DNA of 64,000 bases from Fistulifera solaris (taxonomy: Eukaryota), in NCBI GenBank assembly GCA_030295235.1, contig AP026148.1, positions 434,001-498,000 of the forward strand, given 5' to 3'. The position numbers and the translations under genes are program-made. Shown piece by piece: positions 24,166-37,553 of this stretch; position 1 is the first letter of the stretch, and every line of letters starts with the position of its first letter. The notes below the pieces were generated by a model, which did no database searches, had not been told where the DNA came from, and was given only the letters and a program-made list of their open reading frames with translations.

Positions 24166-24677
24166 GATCTGTGCACTTCAGTAAAAGTATCTTGCTAGGA
24201 AGGATTTTTTTGGTGTCGTTCACAGGATTGACCTGTATCGATGATCACGAGAAAATTTAATCAATCGTGAGCCACGAAAGGGTGCGGGTATGTTGATTTT
24301 TGGTTGGGTTTGGGTTCGCTCTTCTGCGAAGGCTTGTCGTAGCAGCACCTATTCGCCTAAGTAAGGCCGACAAAGACATTTTGAGTACTACGTACTTGAA
24401 ACCCCAGTATTGCGTACCGGCAACGGCTCTCTACATCATGAACGAGGGTGAGACTAAGTCTGTCGTACCACGAAAGGGTCTACACACGCCTCCACCTCCA
24501 CGTAATAACCCAACGCTCCTTGAAAGCCAACGAGAGTTTAACTGGTTCACCACCCGCGCTATTATCGCCACCTACATTCTAGTCGAAATGGATGGGTGTT
24601 AGTGACGAAAAAGTATAAAAAACGAAGCTTCTTGTAAGAAATAAGTTTTTCGTCATTATCGCACCTTTTGAAATCAA

Positions 24678-25907
24678 ATGGTGGATCACCGAGAACGAAG
24701 AAAGAATAGAGCATATACGCGCACTTCAACTGCACCTTTTCGTGTCACCTTGCGATATGTTGTTGCTCTTATTCTTTTACAATTGACGATGGGGTTCTCT
24801 CCTCATCTCATGAACCGTTTCGTACTCAAACGAGATTCGACGACTTCTTGTAAAGTGCTGAACGGTGGAAATCAACCAATAATGACATCCTCGACGATCC
24901 AGTTTATGAGTCCGACGGAAGAATTTGTCGATGCTCAAACAACCAATAGCTCCGATGGAATCCCTCCTCCTTTTTCTGTCACCTTAGAAAAAGATGACTA
25001 TTCGTACAAGGAAGCGGTCCTCAGAACGCTGGGATGGGTTAGCTTAGCTGGTGTTTTCGGTTGTGTTCTATGGGCCGTGGGCGGGTCGACGGTAGGGGAA
25101 GAATTTTTGCGGGTTACCTTGTAGAGCAGAGTCTCTCGGTAGACAATCTATTCGTTTTTCTCTTGCTCTTTGAATATTTCAAGGTTCCTGTAAAACTGCA
25201 GGATCGAGTGTTAAATTGGGGTATTTATGGAGCTATTATTATGCGGGCTGTGATGATCGGTCTCGGAGCGGCTGCCTTGCAACAGTTTCATGCCATCTTG
25301 CTAGTATTTGCGTCCATTCTTATCTACAGCTCTGCGAAGTTTTTTATTGGAGACGAGGAAGGGGAGGAAGAAGATCCTAGTCAAAACACAATTGTCAAGT
25401 TTTCACGGAGTCTTATACCATCTACAGACGAATTTCACGGCAAGAAATTTTTCACTATCGAGGATGGAATGAAGAAAGCGACTCCATTATTTATCTGCAT
25501 GATTGCTGTTGAAATCAGCGATGTCGTCTTTGCCGTTGATAGCATTCCTGCGGTTTTCGGTGTCACCGAGGTGAGTATTCTTTAGGCTCACTCGTCTAGT
25601 GCGGATACCCAGAATCTCATATTTCCTCATCCAGAATCCGTTGATAGTTTTCTCCTCTAACATGTTTGCCATCATGGGTTTACGGAGCATGTACACGATT
25701 CTGTCAAAGGCCGCAACAGATCTAAAGTATTTGGAACCAGCAGTCGCTTTAGTCTTGGGTTTCATCGGGTCGAAAATGGTTGCCGAGTACTTTAACTACG
25801 AGATACCTACCAATATCGCACTTGGTGTTGTTGCCTCACTCCTTATCTCAGGAGTTGGTGCGTCAATTTGGGATAAGCAGCAGCGAAAGAACGACCAGAA
25901 TGAGTAG
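24678..25907 (+). CDS. terC: TerC-family thylakoid membrane protein
   Basis: EFFAGYLVEQSLSVDNLFVF (after a frameshift in the T run near 25105), RVLNWGIYGAIIMR, ATPL....VEISDVVFAVDSIPAVFG, SSNMFAIMGLRS; intron about 25571-25633; TMG-F presequence motif. Confidence 0.9.
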
Positions 25908-26171
25908 TAATCTGCTTTTTCCTCAGAATTGCTATATTTTGATCGAAATACAGAACTTTTTATCATTAGTCAAATCATAAAAATCCGTCCAATATCTTAT
26001 TATACCGTACCCTAAACCAGTGCCAATCTCAGCAGAACCATAGTCATTTACTATGCAGAATCATTGATGAGTCAAAATAAGTAAGCAGTAACATATTCGC
26101 TTTACTTTAATCATTATTGTTTTGCAACTTCACCGCCAGAAGTTTTCGACGTGATACCCTAAATTGAAAAA

Positions 26172-27107
26172 CTAGAGAATGGAGCAAGGGCACCCGGCAT
26201 TCGTCTGTGGTGTATTCGACGAGTTCTGCGCGTTTCGTGAGTTGTTGACTGATGTTGAACCACTGGAAAGCTTCTTATCTTTCGCATCGCTAGTTGATTC
26301 AAGGGCGGGTTTTATCGAGACATTGATCGGAGTGGGATGTGTCTTAAAGCTTGGAATTTGAATGTCCTCTAGCGTGCGTGAATCTGGCATAAGAAAACCC
26401 TTTCCCATACATACCAACCGTAGATTTTCTCCACTCGCACATGAGGGAGCATCTTTTGAAAGAGGCATACGTCAAAAATGGTGAGGGCGCATTTGTGTGC
26501 GAGTGGCGGTATCAGCGTTACTTACCTTCAGGCCAGGCTGACAGTAGCGCCCCCTTCACATCACCAACTGTGTCGCTAGGATTACATTCAATTGTTACGG
26601 CTAAGCCATCTCGGTTAGCAAAAAGAAATCGAAGCGTTATTTTGTTCGGATCGTATTTGAAAGATGGCCGTGACTTTTTCGACGATGAAATGATCGGGGT
26701 TGATAGACTTGCCGTCGCCTCGTCAATTTTTGGCACTGATACCTCCAAGGTATCATTTGCTTTGTTTTCTGTAATGCTATTCTCTTTCATGGTGTCCGAA
26801 TTCTCCTTTAACCCATCCTGACTAGAAGTTGGCGCACCGTCTTCTCCTACTATCCCTGAACGTGCCTGGTCACGATCAATGTCTCCATTTGTACGTTCGT
26901 TAGAGGCAACGCTCTTCACATTCGGTTCGTGTTCTGAGACTTCCCTTTGGTTCAAATCGGAAGCAAAAGAGTAGTCTCTATCTCGTCCGCTGTTGAAGGT
27001 TTGTCCTCAGCTGTGTCTGCTGCTGCTTTGTGGTCTCTCTCCACATCTACTTCGGCCCCGCTTTCGGCCTCTAGAGCTTCTTCAGGCTTTTCTGGTTTTT
27101 CCATCAT
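26172..27107 (-). CDS. Membrane-anchored ubiquitin-fold protein (MUB/UBL3-like) with long acidic N-terminus
   Basis: ITLRFLFANRDG...TVGDVKGALLSAWPE|D...LRLVCMGKG.L.D..TL, ending CPCSIL (CaaX). Intron 26453-26525; N-terminal frameshift near 26960. Confidence 0.8.
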
Positions 27108-28136
27108 TAGAAACGATACTATCGCTGTTGAATTGCGTATGCTGCCGTCGACACAGTGGCAAGGTCTGATTTTCGAACGACTCGATCAACGTTTCATCAA
27201 CCTTTTGTTGGCTACGTCGTAAGCCACTTGTCGCTATACGTAATGTTTTTCTTTCAGCTTGTTCAGCAGCGTGCTGATTAGAACACCACTGACGAAACTA
27301 GCAAGCGTTTGGTATAACTTTTGTGTGCCTTATGCATTCTTTGCACTTCGTTGCAGCAGCGTTTTGCTCGCAATTTTTCTGCGACGGAAGAAAACGGAGA
27401 ATACGGAAAAGAGTGTGCATTTTTTAGGTCATAAGCGAAAGACCCGTATCCTATCGGTACCAAGCCTCGAAGCGTCGTGTCCGAGAGGTTCTCACCAGTC
27501 ATTTTCATTTTTGTCATTCCGAGTACGGTAGATGATGCATGATGCATGATACATGATACTGGTACATGGCTCCAATTGAAACTACTGAGTAACAACAGCT
27601 AGGGCGAAACAAATCATCCGTTGAACTATGACTAAATGATAAGGCTTGACGAGAGAAATCAGACAGAAATTATTTGGTTCTCTACGGAGCATCATGTCAG
27701 ATCTATTTGTTCGTCACTTTATGCTCCCCATAGCCGCCAGCAGCTTTTAATATACGTGATACTTCGAACGAACCAGCAAAGAAGCCAATGTGACTTTGTT
27801 GCGCATTGAGTAATATTTGAAGGTATGGTCTCTATCCGAATTGGATACTCAACAATCAGCTAGGTCAAAGTGGTGGGCGGCAATTACGAACTACGACGCC
27901 CGAGGTGTGGAGTTGTTATAGTTCTTTGGTTGAATTCGGTGTGCAGACGTAGTATTTTTTCGTTGTCTAGTTCGACAGGATACCAATTGAGCGAAGAAAC
28001 TAAAGTCATATTGCAAGAGACTTGTGTAAAGTTAACAACGAGGCTTCTTTCGGATTGATTTCGAATTTAATCAAGTTTAGCTTATAGACTGTGCACACAA
28101 AGGTTCTAGAGTCACACACTATTGATCGTAATGTAC

Positions 28137-28595
28137 TTAACTCGATAATTTAGCGTGATTGGTAATCGCAGCTTCGATCGCTTCAGCGTTAGCGCCATTG
28201 ACCACGTCAACCTTTTCTCCATTCACGAAATAATGAAACGATGGAACCGATCGAACACCTTCCCGCTTCATTAGCTTGGATGCTTCGGGGGAAGCATCAC
28301 CAATAACCTTGAGGAAAACGGCATCGGGGTACTTTTCCGAAAGTTCTTCGAATTTTGGGGCAATTACTTTGCAGGGCCCACACCAAGTGGTCGAGTAGTC
28401 GACAACAACCAAGGCGCTACCCGCATTCTTAATTGTGCTATCGAAGGCCGATTCGCTTGCAATATCGATGACTGCCATATCAAGTGGAGCGTGTTTTACC
28501 GTTCGGGTCACGGCAAATGGGTGCGCCGGCGAGAAAGCCGCCGACAGTGATAGGAGCGACGCCAACGTGGTGAGAAGGCAAGCTTTGCGGATCAT
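28137..28595 (-). CDS. TRXf: Plastid thioredoxin, f-type
   Basis: WCGPC active site in VVVDYSTTWCGPCKVIAPKFEELSEKYPDAVFLKV; bipartite presequence with SAA-FSP. The f-type assignment rests on remembered similarity to plant Trx f. Confidence 0.85.
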   Translation of the reverse strand: MIRKACLLTTLASLLSLSAAFSPAHPFAVTRTVKHAPLDMAVIDIASESAFDSTIKNAGSALVVVDYSTTWCGPCKVIAPKFEELSEKYPDAVFLKVIGDASPEASKLMKREGVRSVPSFHYFVNGEKVDVVNGANAEAIEAAITNHAKLSS

Positions 28596-29110
28596 GTTAG
28601 ATACTTGTTTTGACGTAATGCGGTGAAACAGGATCGATTAAGGTAACTCAAAGGTCGATCACCAAATTTGCTGTCAATCTTTTCAGTGTCTCGAGGAGGA
28701 TCGTTCTTCGCGTCAATGGAACTGTTGGATGTACTTGTATGGCACTGCGACCGCGTGTATTCGAATGTTGTCGCCGTCGTCGGCGCCGAAGCTGGTACTT
28801 GTACAAAATACTTAGACAATAGTAGTACCGTAAAGACAATCCTGATGCACATTTCGATACATCTTATTCTATTCTCACACCGTATCCGGTGATGAATTCT
28901 CTTCAATGAGAAAGTGCAAGAAAAAAGTGTGCTTCGCTTTTCTTCAGTCACGCTCGTGTCTAGCAGGATCCAATAGGTTATGAGTTGTTTGGAAGCCGCA
29001 CTTGCGATCGGATGAGATCCGTTCGAAAACGCGAGACACGCACAAAATCCGATCTTTTCGGTTCTTGACGATCATTAACGAATTATCGTGAATTCACCTA
29101 ACTTTTAAAC

Positions 29111-30700
29111 ATGTGGTCTGCTGGAACTGTTCTGCTAGTGTTGTCCATGCCGCTTTCGGCGATGGGTTTTCTGCCAGGGCTGGCGGCAGCTCATGGAAGC
29201 CGCGTACAATCCGATGATGCAAACTTCCGTCTTTTGGCCTCCGATACGCCAGAGGTCCTTCCTGAGTTTGCTGACAAGAAAGAATACATGGAGTACATGG
29301 AGACTGTCTCGTCGTTGCCAGAAGGATTTGCAGTCGGTACCGCGAAAGGCGTAAGTTCAACGTTGATTACGGCAAAGGGAAGACTTCTGCGCTGACATGT
29401 TGATGTTTTGCAGACATTTGTATCGGAAGAAGCCCCTCTTCTAGGAAACCTCCCCATCAAAGCGACAGTGATTCACCTAACAAAAGGACCCTCGGACAAC
29501 TGGGCTGCTGTTTTCACCAAAAACAGGGTAGGTTTCCTTCAGCATCAATGAAATTATCTTACTGAGTCGTCTCAATTGTCAATTGTTTACTCAAAAAGTT
29601 CCCTGGAGCGCCTGTGATTGTCGGTCGAAAGCGCCTTGCTAGCAGGGGTCCGCTGCACGCCCTGGTAATCAACAACAAAGTATCCAATGTGTGTTCTGGT
29701 GGCGACGGAGTCGGGAACTCGGAGCTTGTCTGTCAAGCTGTTGCCGATGTGCTTGACTTGCCTGGGGGAGCTGCAACTGTCTTACCAAGTAGTACTGGAG
29801 TGATTGGTTGGCGGCTGCCGGCCAAGGAGTTGGCGAATGACATTGTTCCTAAAGCTGCAGAAAATCTGCAGTCTTCTTCCGCGTTGGCGGCAGCGGAAGC
29901 GATTTGTACTACAGATCGTTATCCAAAGGTGCGAAGCAAGACTCTTTCGAATGGAGCCCGCTTAGTCGGCATTGCGAAAGGTGCTGGAATGATTGAACCG
30001 AACATGGCAACCATGCTGTGTTATATTATGACCGACGCTACTATTCCCAAAACGAAATTACAATCCATGCTATCGGAATCGGTCAACCAATCGTTCAACT
30101 CAATTTCAGTCGATGGAGACGAATCTACGAGCGACACAGTAGTACTTGTCTCATCAAACCAGAAAGGGGGAAGTCCCCGACGAAGAGTTCCGAGCGGCTC
30201 TCGATTTCGTCTGCAAAGGCTTGTCGGCAGATATTGTGCGCAACGGAGAAGGTACCGGCCACGTGATTCGAGTTCAGATTGATAACTTCCCTGGATCCGA
30301 CCATTTGGCTCGTCGCTTAGGACGTCATGTAGTAAATTCACCACTCTTCAAATGTGCCGTTTCGGGTAATGATCCAAACACAGGACGGCTTGCTGCTGCT
30401 GTGGGTTCCTTCATGGGCAAGTTTGCAAACGACGAGGACATTTCAGGTATGACTTTGACTCTTGGTGGTCGTGTCATTTTTTCGAAAGGCAAATTCGTGC
30501 TAGAAGGCGATGCCGTAGAAAAGGAAATCAGTCAACACATGTCTAATGCACAATTCGACGAGCATTCAGACTATCCTCCTCATCAGCGATTTGTGGAGAT
30601 CGGAATTAATTTTAATGGAGCAGGATCGGGCAAAGCGGTTGTCATGGGAAGCGATTTAACTGCCGAGTACGTTGCTGTCAATGCGGATTATCGAAGCTAA
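29111..30700 (+). CDS. argJ: Ornithine/glutamate N-acetyltransferase ArgJ, plastid-targeted
   Basis: LPEGF, AAVFTKN.FPGAPV, SSTGVIGW.LP, AICTTDRYPK, AKGAGMIEPNMATML, SVDGDESTSDT, NSPLFKCAVSG.DPN.GR, GSDLT.EYV.VNADYRS. Introns about 29351-29413 and 29528-29598; frameshift at the G run near 30170. Confidence 0.95.
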
Positions 30701-30771
30701 GTCATACGGAGTATAGACAAAATTGCAATCGATTTTCACTTTTAAACGTACACACATGCTACTATCGTGAG

Positions 30772-31503
30772 TTAGGGCCTTTTTTCTCCCTGTAAATGTG
30801 CTTTCTGTTTTTCTTCAGCTTTAATGACTTGTTTGAGAAGCCAAATCATTTCACTCTTATGCTCGTTCATTTCGTCGATCTCGGCTTTAGCATCGGCGAG
30901 CTCCTGTTTGAGACGTTCCGTCTCTTCATTGACTTCAGGTGTAATGGGCTCTTCAGCGGGTTCCGCGACTTGTCTGGCGTTTTCTCTCTCGGCCCGTCTC
31001 TCTTCCTGTTCTTTTCTTAAGCGCTGTCTCCTTTCGTCGAATTCTGTTTTCATTTCAGCCTCCCATTCCCTCTTTCGCTCTTTGATTTTGTCTTGGTGTT
31101 CTTTCCATAATTTTTGCTCTAGTGTCTTTATTTCTCGTTCCATCTCTTGTCTTCGCAAGGTTTCGATATCTTCTAGGCTTTCCTTTTTCTTCTCCAGCAG
31201 TTCCTCGTAAAGTTGTTGACATTCAATTATTTTGCGTTGCATTTCCTGAATTTTGCGATGGTATTGTTTTCGAAATGCAGGTTCTTGGATTCGCGAAGAC
31301 TTCCCCGCAATCCGCGATCGAATGGCTTGATACGTATTGACATCAATGCGGTCCGACTTCAATCGAAACATGGGATTGACTTGACTACGACTTCCGACGG
31401 CAGCCACGCGCGCGGAGTGTCGGGGATCAGTCGATAAAATCCACACCGGAGGCGACCATGATTCGCCTTCGCCTGTTTCCCCGGTGGGGTCGAGTCGGGG
31501 CAT
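30772..31503 (-). CDS. Hypothetical coiled-coil protein
   Basis: 243-aa E/K/R-rich ORF with heptad character. Confidence 0.65.
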   Translation of the reverse strand: MPRLDPTGETGEGESWSPPVWILSTDPRHSARVAAVGSRSQVNPMFRLKSDRIDVNTYQAIRSRIAGKSSRIQEPAFRKQYHRKIQEMQRKIIECQQLYEELLEKKKESLEDIETLRRQEMEREIKTLEQKLWKEHQDKIKERKREWEAEMKTEFDERRQRLRKEQEERRAERENARQVAEPAEEPITPEVNEETERLKQELADAKAEIDEMNEHKSEMIWLLKQVIKAEEKQKAHLQGEKRP

Positions 31504-31987
31504 CAGGGCGGATAAGGAGTAATCGAATGGTTTTAAATACGCGCAGACAATTTTTCGAAATTTACTCCGACTCCGCTAGAAGCTAATACAGGAACTGTTC
31601 TTATTCTAAACAACCTTTGGTGAACTGATACAACTTTATTGATTGCTATATAAGAGGGTTTATTGAGCGGCGGATGCCCTCTCGATGATGATGATGATTC
31701 ATTCTCGATACGGACGACTAACGTGCCATAGGCCAGACGAAACGTGTTCGATTTGCCGTACGGGTTTACCAGGTAGTGTCGCGAACGAAAAATTCGATGT
31801 TGAATAAAACATCTGAAAGCAAATGAAGCAGGAAGCATAACTCAAAACTCACATGTATAAACTGCACAACGTTCTTCCTCAACGAAAGCAGCAACAAACG
31901 TAGTGGAAGCCAGCGTTAAAAGGCTTGAGTGTAATCGAGTAAGATGAGGTAAGTGTTTCTTTTGCGCAATTGACCGATTCTGATAGC

Positions 31988-32719
31988 ATGGCACATACTA
32001 TTTACCCTTCGAAAAATAGCACTTCTCTTAAATCACGTGATCGGCTTCCGAAAGATTCTTGTGATAGTCTCAAGGCCACACCAGAAATGTGTATCCACTG
32101 CTTTGACGTTTTGATTCACAAATTAACGACGACAAGTAAAACAGCAAATGGGAGAGCCCCACCCATTTTTGTGGGTCAACTAGCAGATGACTCCATTCAG
32201 TGCCCACTTTTTGTTACATGGCAAATCAGAAATATCCCGTCTGATACCTACGAACTTCGTGGCTGCATAGGAACTCTGTCACCAAGACCGTTGGCAACGT
32301 CGATCGGCGCATATGCGTTGACCAGTGCATTTAGTGATAGGCGTTTTTCGCCCATTACTTTGCCGGAAATTCCGTCCTTGTGTGTATCCGTCTCTTTGCT
32401 GGTTCAGTACGAGGATTGTGAACACTGCCTTGATTGGATAGTTGGTGTTCATGGTATTATGATCGAATGGTACGATGCGCAACAGGAGCACTATTCCGCC
32501 ACGTATTTGCCCGAAGTAGCTTCGGACCAGGGTTGGGATCAGAAGAAAACGGTCAAGTCACTGATACGAAAAGCCGGATATCATCGTACCATAAATGATG
32601 CGCTACTACAGAATATCAAGTGTACGCGATATCAAAGCTCGAAACAGTCGATCACATATGATGAGTATATCCAGCAAAAGGAGATGATTCTGTACGAGAT
32701 GTACTACAGCAAGTGTTGA
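31988..32719 (+). CDS. AMMECR1: AMMECR1-family protein
   Basis: MC.HCFDVL, PLFVTW, LRGCIGT, YALTSAFSDRRFSPI, VSLL..YE, DW.VGVHGI, ATYLPEVA..QGWD, L.RKAGY, RYQSSK. Confidence 0.95.
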   Translation: MAHTIYPSKNSTSLKSRDRLPKDSCDSLKATPEMCIHCFDVLIHKLTTTSKTANGRAPPIFVGQLADDSIQCPLFVTWQIRNIPSDTYELRGCIGTLSPRPLATSIGAYALTSAFSDRRFSPITLPEIPSLCVSVSLLVQYEDCEHCLDWIVGVHGIMIEWYDAQQEHYSATYLPEVASDQGWDQKKTVKSLIRKAGYHRTINDALLQNIKCTRYQSSKQSITYDEYIQQKEMILYEMYYSKC

Positions 32720-32835
32720 ACAGTCACGGTGACAAGAAAGATTGCTCTCTGATATAATTTCATCAAGCAAAATATCTGAGACGGTAGAATTATACAGGTT
32801 ATCGATATTTTACTCTTGTTTCACAAGCGTTCGGT

Positions 32836-34406
32836 TCATTCGTCGTATTTAAGGTCATCCTCTAGTGCGCTCGCAAAAACTCTGCATTGATCAGCGAACT
32901 CTTCATCCGCAACATCCATATCATCTTCGCTGTTGCACAGTAGTTCGTACGCAACTTCCACCATGCTCACCTTTCCTTTCGAGGAGCAAGATATTATGTC
33001 TGTCACAAGGACTCGCTTCTGTCGAGGTGACAGAGCTCCCTGATTGGACAACCTCCGCAATGCTGCAACACAATCTAAGCGATTCTTTTGCTTCGCACCC
33101 GCTGACTCAACATTTGTTTTTCTGCTGTTTCTCGACGAGGACGCAGGTGATGCATTGTGACTCCATTGTTTGATTATGGCAACCGCCTCAGTTTGTGATC
33201 CCTCGTCCCCTTCATCATCGTCATCTAACATGCTATCGTCGGCGTCATCATCAGCATCGTCTAGATCTAGATTATCGATTCCGCTTTCCATGTTTTCGTC
33301 ATCGTTTAACTCGTTATCGACATCATTCAATAAGTCATGCAAGTCGCCGTTTAATATGTCTGACAGGCTACCAAGAACAATGCGTTTCACTGGTTTTTTT
33401 CGGGAGCAATGGTCTCGTCCCCCAATATGGGGCCAAAGTTTTTGATTCCAAGTATTCCATCCATTCCTATTTCGTCTTCTTTTTCTTCCGTTTGTGCCGT
33501 TTTACTCTTTAGTTTGGTCGGCTGCGACGCCGCTCGAAGAGCTTGCTTCGCAGCCTCAGAATCAGCATGCCACGACGCATGATGATGGCAAAGAAGCCAT
33601 TTTCCTGCCACTTTTCGGAAAATATTGGTCGCCGTCAGTTTGTTGATGAGCTCTGTTTGTCGTTTTTGCCCGCGAACGAAGCGTCTTGCGTATACGTGCT
33701 CGTCACAAGAGACGATGGCTGTGGAAGCACCTTGAATCGATAACCGAATGTTGTGTGGTTCCATCCAATTCTTTTGAAAGCTCCCTTGCGTTGCCGCGAA
33801 CATACGTTGCCAGCTGTGTAGCACCTGCTTCGAACCAACCAACGGGCGACTACTCGGATGAATGCAAGTCGCTGTGCCGTCTTTCAGCCATACCGCCTCC
33901 ATTTCTTCATAGCTTTTGTGAGAAAATGCTTTATAAAAGGCAGCATTCACCTGTAAAACATCTCCACAGTCATCAATGTGACCTTGGTCGATTTCAACTT
34001 TTATTTGTGCCGCTTGTCGGTAATCTTGGCTCTTCACTGCTTTGTAGAGTTGTTCTTCCAGCTGCGCTATATTTTCTTCCTTCGCTTCGTCGGCGGAAGG
34101 TACGGGAGGGGCAATACTCACGACCTTTTTCAACTCCGCTTCTAAATCGAGAGGAGCGTTCGGGGCCTTCAAAATTCGATCGATTTCCGCTTGGGCTTTT
34201 GCCACGCGAATCTTCTTTTCGACAGCGGCTGTTGTGTTCATTTGTCTAAGCGATGGATGATCGTGTCTGTCTTTCTCTTCATTGTAATTCGCTTCAAACA
34301 GAAATGTCGTCCTCCTTATTGATTTAAACGTGGAAGGTCCAGTCCAACATTTCGAAGGTGTCCCTACAAAAGATAGAACCAGCAGTGCCGCTATGAATCT
34401 GGTCAT
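32836..34406 (-). CDS. Plastid-targeted protein with UVR-like coil and SnoaL/NTF2-like domain plus acidic C-terminal region (1 frameshift)
   Basis: Signal peptide; LYKAVKSQDYRQAAQIK (UVR-like); VLQVNAAFYKAF....M..VW....CIHP....G...V..SW; ATNIFRKVAGKWLLCHHHAS. Continues into ORF 32836-33390 via the A run near 33395. Confidence 0.75.
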
Positions 34407-35013
34407 GGTGTTAAAGTTACGGAACAGAGGTTTGTGCCTTGAGACTCTCTGACTTGCGAATAGGTATGAGATGATGTTCTTGTAGCATGCGAAGAATACC
34501 AGGTAATGAAAACATCACAAGTGCTATGTCGAACATCATCAGTCTTTCGTGTTTTCCGTCGTCGGCTCGGAGCCTTTTCCCATCGCGAAAAGTTTAGGTG
34601 GATGGATGACGTTCGACGTCTTGCATGCAGCTCGTAGTTCCAACTTCCAACCTGATGTGATACCGACCGCTACCGTACAAGTACCGTACCTGGTAGTAGT
34701 GTGGTCCAAGAACGTACCAAGTACAGAGTGGTGCGTGCATGACGCATCGCATGACAACAGGTCAAACCAAATGTCGCACCGTTATTATTACTCCGTAGTA
34801 ATGTCGGATATGACGTCACTCAATGTGGCAGCCAAAGCAGATGCGTGTTGGATGTCGGATGCTGTTGGAAATAGCCGTGTTGTTGGTTTTTTCATTAGTT
34901 GACAACCTTGATCGATTGAACAGTCGTTTGTTTACAGAATTACATATAAACGGTAGTAAATCCTGACTAGAACTGAAAACTGTGCGAGAGAAAAGCAGAA
35001 ATTTGAAAGGAAA

Positions 35014-37420
35014 ATGCGAAAAATTCTCCTTGCTCTAATCGTAACGTGCTCAGCCTTCCAACCAACAACCTTTATTCAAAACAAAGGGCAATTTCGACCT
35101 TTGCTCGCCATCGAAAAGCCTGAAAACGACGAGCCTGAGGTGAAAAAATTTCGCTTCCCTCAATTTCTCAAACACTGGCGCACTTATGCCACGTTTACTG
35201 CTTTTTTCGTTGACGGGCGTCGTAACGCCTTGGGCAGCGCAGGCGTCTGCTCCAGTCATGGCGATACCCAGGGCGGAACAGCGTGACCCCATAACGGATG
35301 CACTGATTGAGCACCAACGCCGTCAAACAGTAGAAGCACAGCAGGAGCTTCAGAGAATGGCGCAGCAGGCTCGAGAGATAGAAGCTACACAGGGGGAAGC
35401 TGCTCGTTTGAACTTTGAAAAGAGTATTATCGCCAGAAGGAAGAAGCAGCTACCGCTAAGAAAGTTGGGTTGAGGAAGTTGAAACTTGAACTTCTCGAAC
35501 AAGGCATTGATCCATTCACCGACATTGAAGGCCAGCGGCAGCTTATCTTGTATGAAAAGGGTGTTGACTTGGCCGACGTTTCGGGTACACCGTTCAATCT
35601 GGAAAAGGAGATGGCGAGGCGATCCCCGAAAAAGACGGTTGCTTTTCAAAAAGCTCCTCACCGTAAAATCATTGCCTGCATGGTTCAAGAACTGAACAAC
35701 CGTGGAGAAGATCCGATCGAATACTTCCAAAAGCATCAAGATAAGACTAGCAAAATCATGGAGATGCCGTATGAGAAGGCCGCCCTACTTGCACAGCAAT
35801 TTTCCGCGAATTTGGAACAGTATGGACAGGTTCGTAAACCTGCTGAAGGTGAAAAGAGCGTCAAGGAAATGATGGTGAAAGATCCCGCTCAGATCAAGGC
35901 GGAGAGAGATGCTTTGGCACAAGCGGCTAAATTAAAAGCCAAAGCGGAGAAAGAAGCTGCAAAGGCTGCCGCCAAGGCAGAAAAAAGAAGCTAGAAAGGC
36001 ACAAGCGGAACTTGAGAAAATGGCTAGTGCTGCATCTGCAATGGATACTGAATCTCTTGGCTCTGACGTTGTAGAGGACGAACAGCCTGTGAGGGATGAT
36101 GCTATAGCCAGCATCCCGGCGCCGATTCCTTCCAAGGCAGCGACGGAAAAGAAAATTCCACCCATTCTACCCGTCTCTGCAACCATCGTGACCGTTGCTG
36201 GAGGTGGGTATGCCATCAATTTGATACGCGAGAAACGCGCTGAAGCAGAAGCGGAGCGGCAGCGGCAGTTTAAGTTGCTTATGGGAGTAGATGACGAGAA
36301 TGATGAAGATGACAGTCTAGATACTGACTACAGCCCGCAGAAATCCATACAGAATAATGCAACATCGGGAAATACCTCCACGATGAAGAAGGAACTGCCG
36401 ACCTCTGAACAGCAAGACGCGCCTGCGCCCAAAAAACGTCGCCTTGGAATTAAAGGTGTCTTTGGCAAAAAGGGCAGTGGGCGCGCGACTGATTTGAGTG
36501 CCTTAGTCGGACCTGGTGGAAACTTTCCACAGTTCGCCGCTCTTTTGGCAAAGCTCTTGACTTTTGGAGCGCCAGGTCGGTTCCCCAACGTTGTGAAGCT
36601 CCCAGGAGGAATGCCGATGGATGAATTTGATTTTGAGAAGGCCAAACAACTACTCACTGAAGCGAGAGAGTCGTCTGGTCTGGAGCTAGCAGACTCAGCG
36701 GAAATCTTTGCGAATGTTGTAAACTGCATGTTGATTGATATTGTCGATTTGGCATCCACGTCATTGAAAGAAAAAGGTGATGTCACTGTCAAATCCATCA
36801 ATATTGTTGTTGACTTTATGAACCATGCTGCTTCGCTTTATGAATCTGTAGCCGAAGGTGTGGTTATCAAACCGGTTGTCTACGAGGGAGATTTGAGCAA
36901 GGCCAAGTTAGAACAGATGTATAGCACCTACACTGTATCTGGAATGATGGGCATGTTTGGAGGCGATGGTGGAACTGCTGTGTCGGAAGACTTTGACAGC
37001 CGAGTAGCCTTACTGCAAGATGTTTTCCAAATCAACGAGAAGAAAGCTGAGGGACTTATGATGAAAGCAGTACAAAAGAATATGCTGGAAATGATGAAAG
37101 AAGGGAAAAATTTGGAAGGCATGGAAGAAATGTTGAAGGGATTGGGTGGCATGGACGGAATGAACGGATTGGCGGGTTTGATGGGCGAAGACGGTGAAGG
37201 CCCTAGTCCTGAACAGCTAAAGGAAATGCTGATTTCCCTCAAGCAAATGAAAGATTCTGGATCGATTCCTCCGAACGAATTCGAAGAAGTGAAGAAGCAG
37301 TTCAAAGAGGCTTTCGGCTCAAGTTTAGATGATGTTGTAAAGGACGCAAGCAAAGATGGCGAGTTGAGTAGCACAGAGAAAGAGTTGTTGGAGCTAATGA
37401 AGGCAATAATGGATGACTAG
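35014..37420 (+). CDS. Large plastid-targeted helical protein with one internal TM (3 apparent frameshifts)
   Basis: MRKILLALIVTCSA-FQP presequence; consecutive ORFs 35014, 35186, 35470 and 36020; TM ILPVSATIVTVAGGGYAI; Met/Gly-rich C-terminus. Confidence 0.7.
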
Positions 37421-37553
37421 AATTATATTATTTTACCAGAACGAGTATGACATGCTTAGACCTAGTTAGCTCTTGAAAAGCAGTAACTAAATGTAAAGTT
37501 TTACATTTTTTGTCGTCCTAATTCTAAGGTAATGTAACTTGTTGATTGGTAAT

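Noticed and set aside
24300..24602. Short intergenic ORFs (also 330-632, 15427-15998, 27259-27595, 55709-56035)
   Set aside because: Several use non-ATG starts, none shows recognisable motifs, and they lie in promoter or spacer regions.
26009..26163. Two CCCTAAA telomere-like heptamers
   Set aside because: Isolated single units, not an array.
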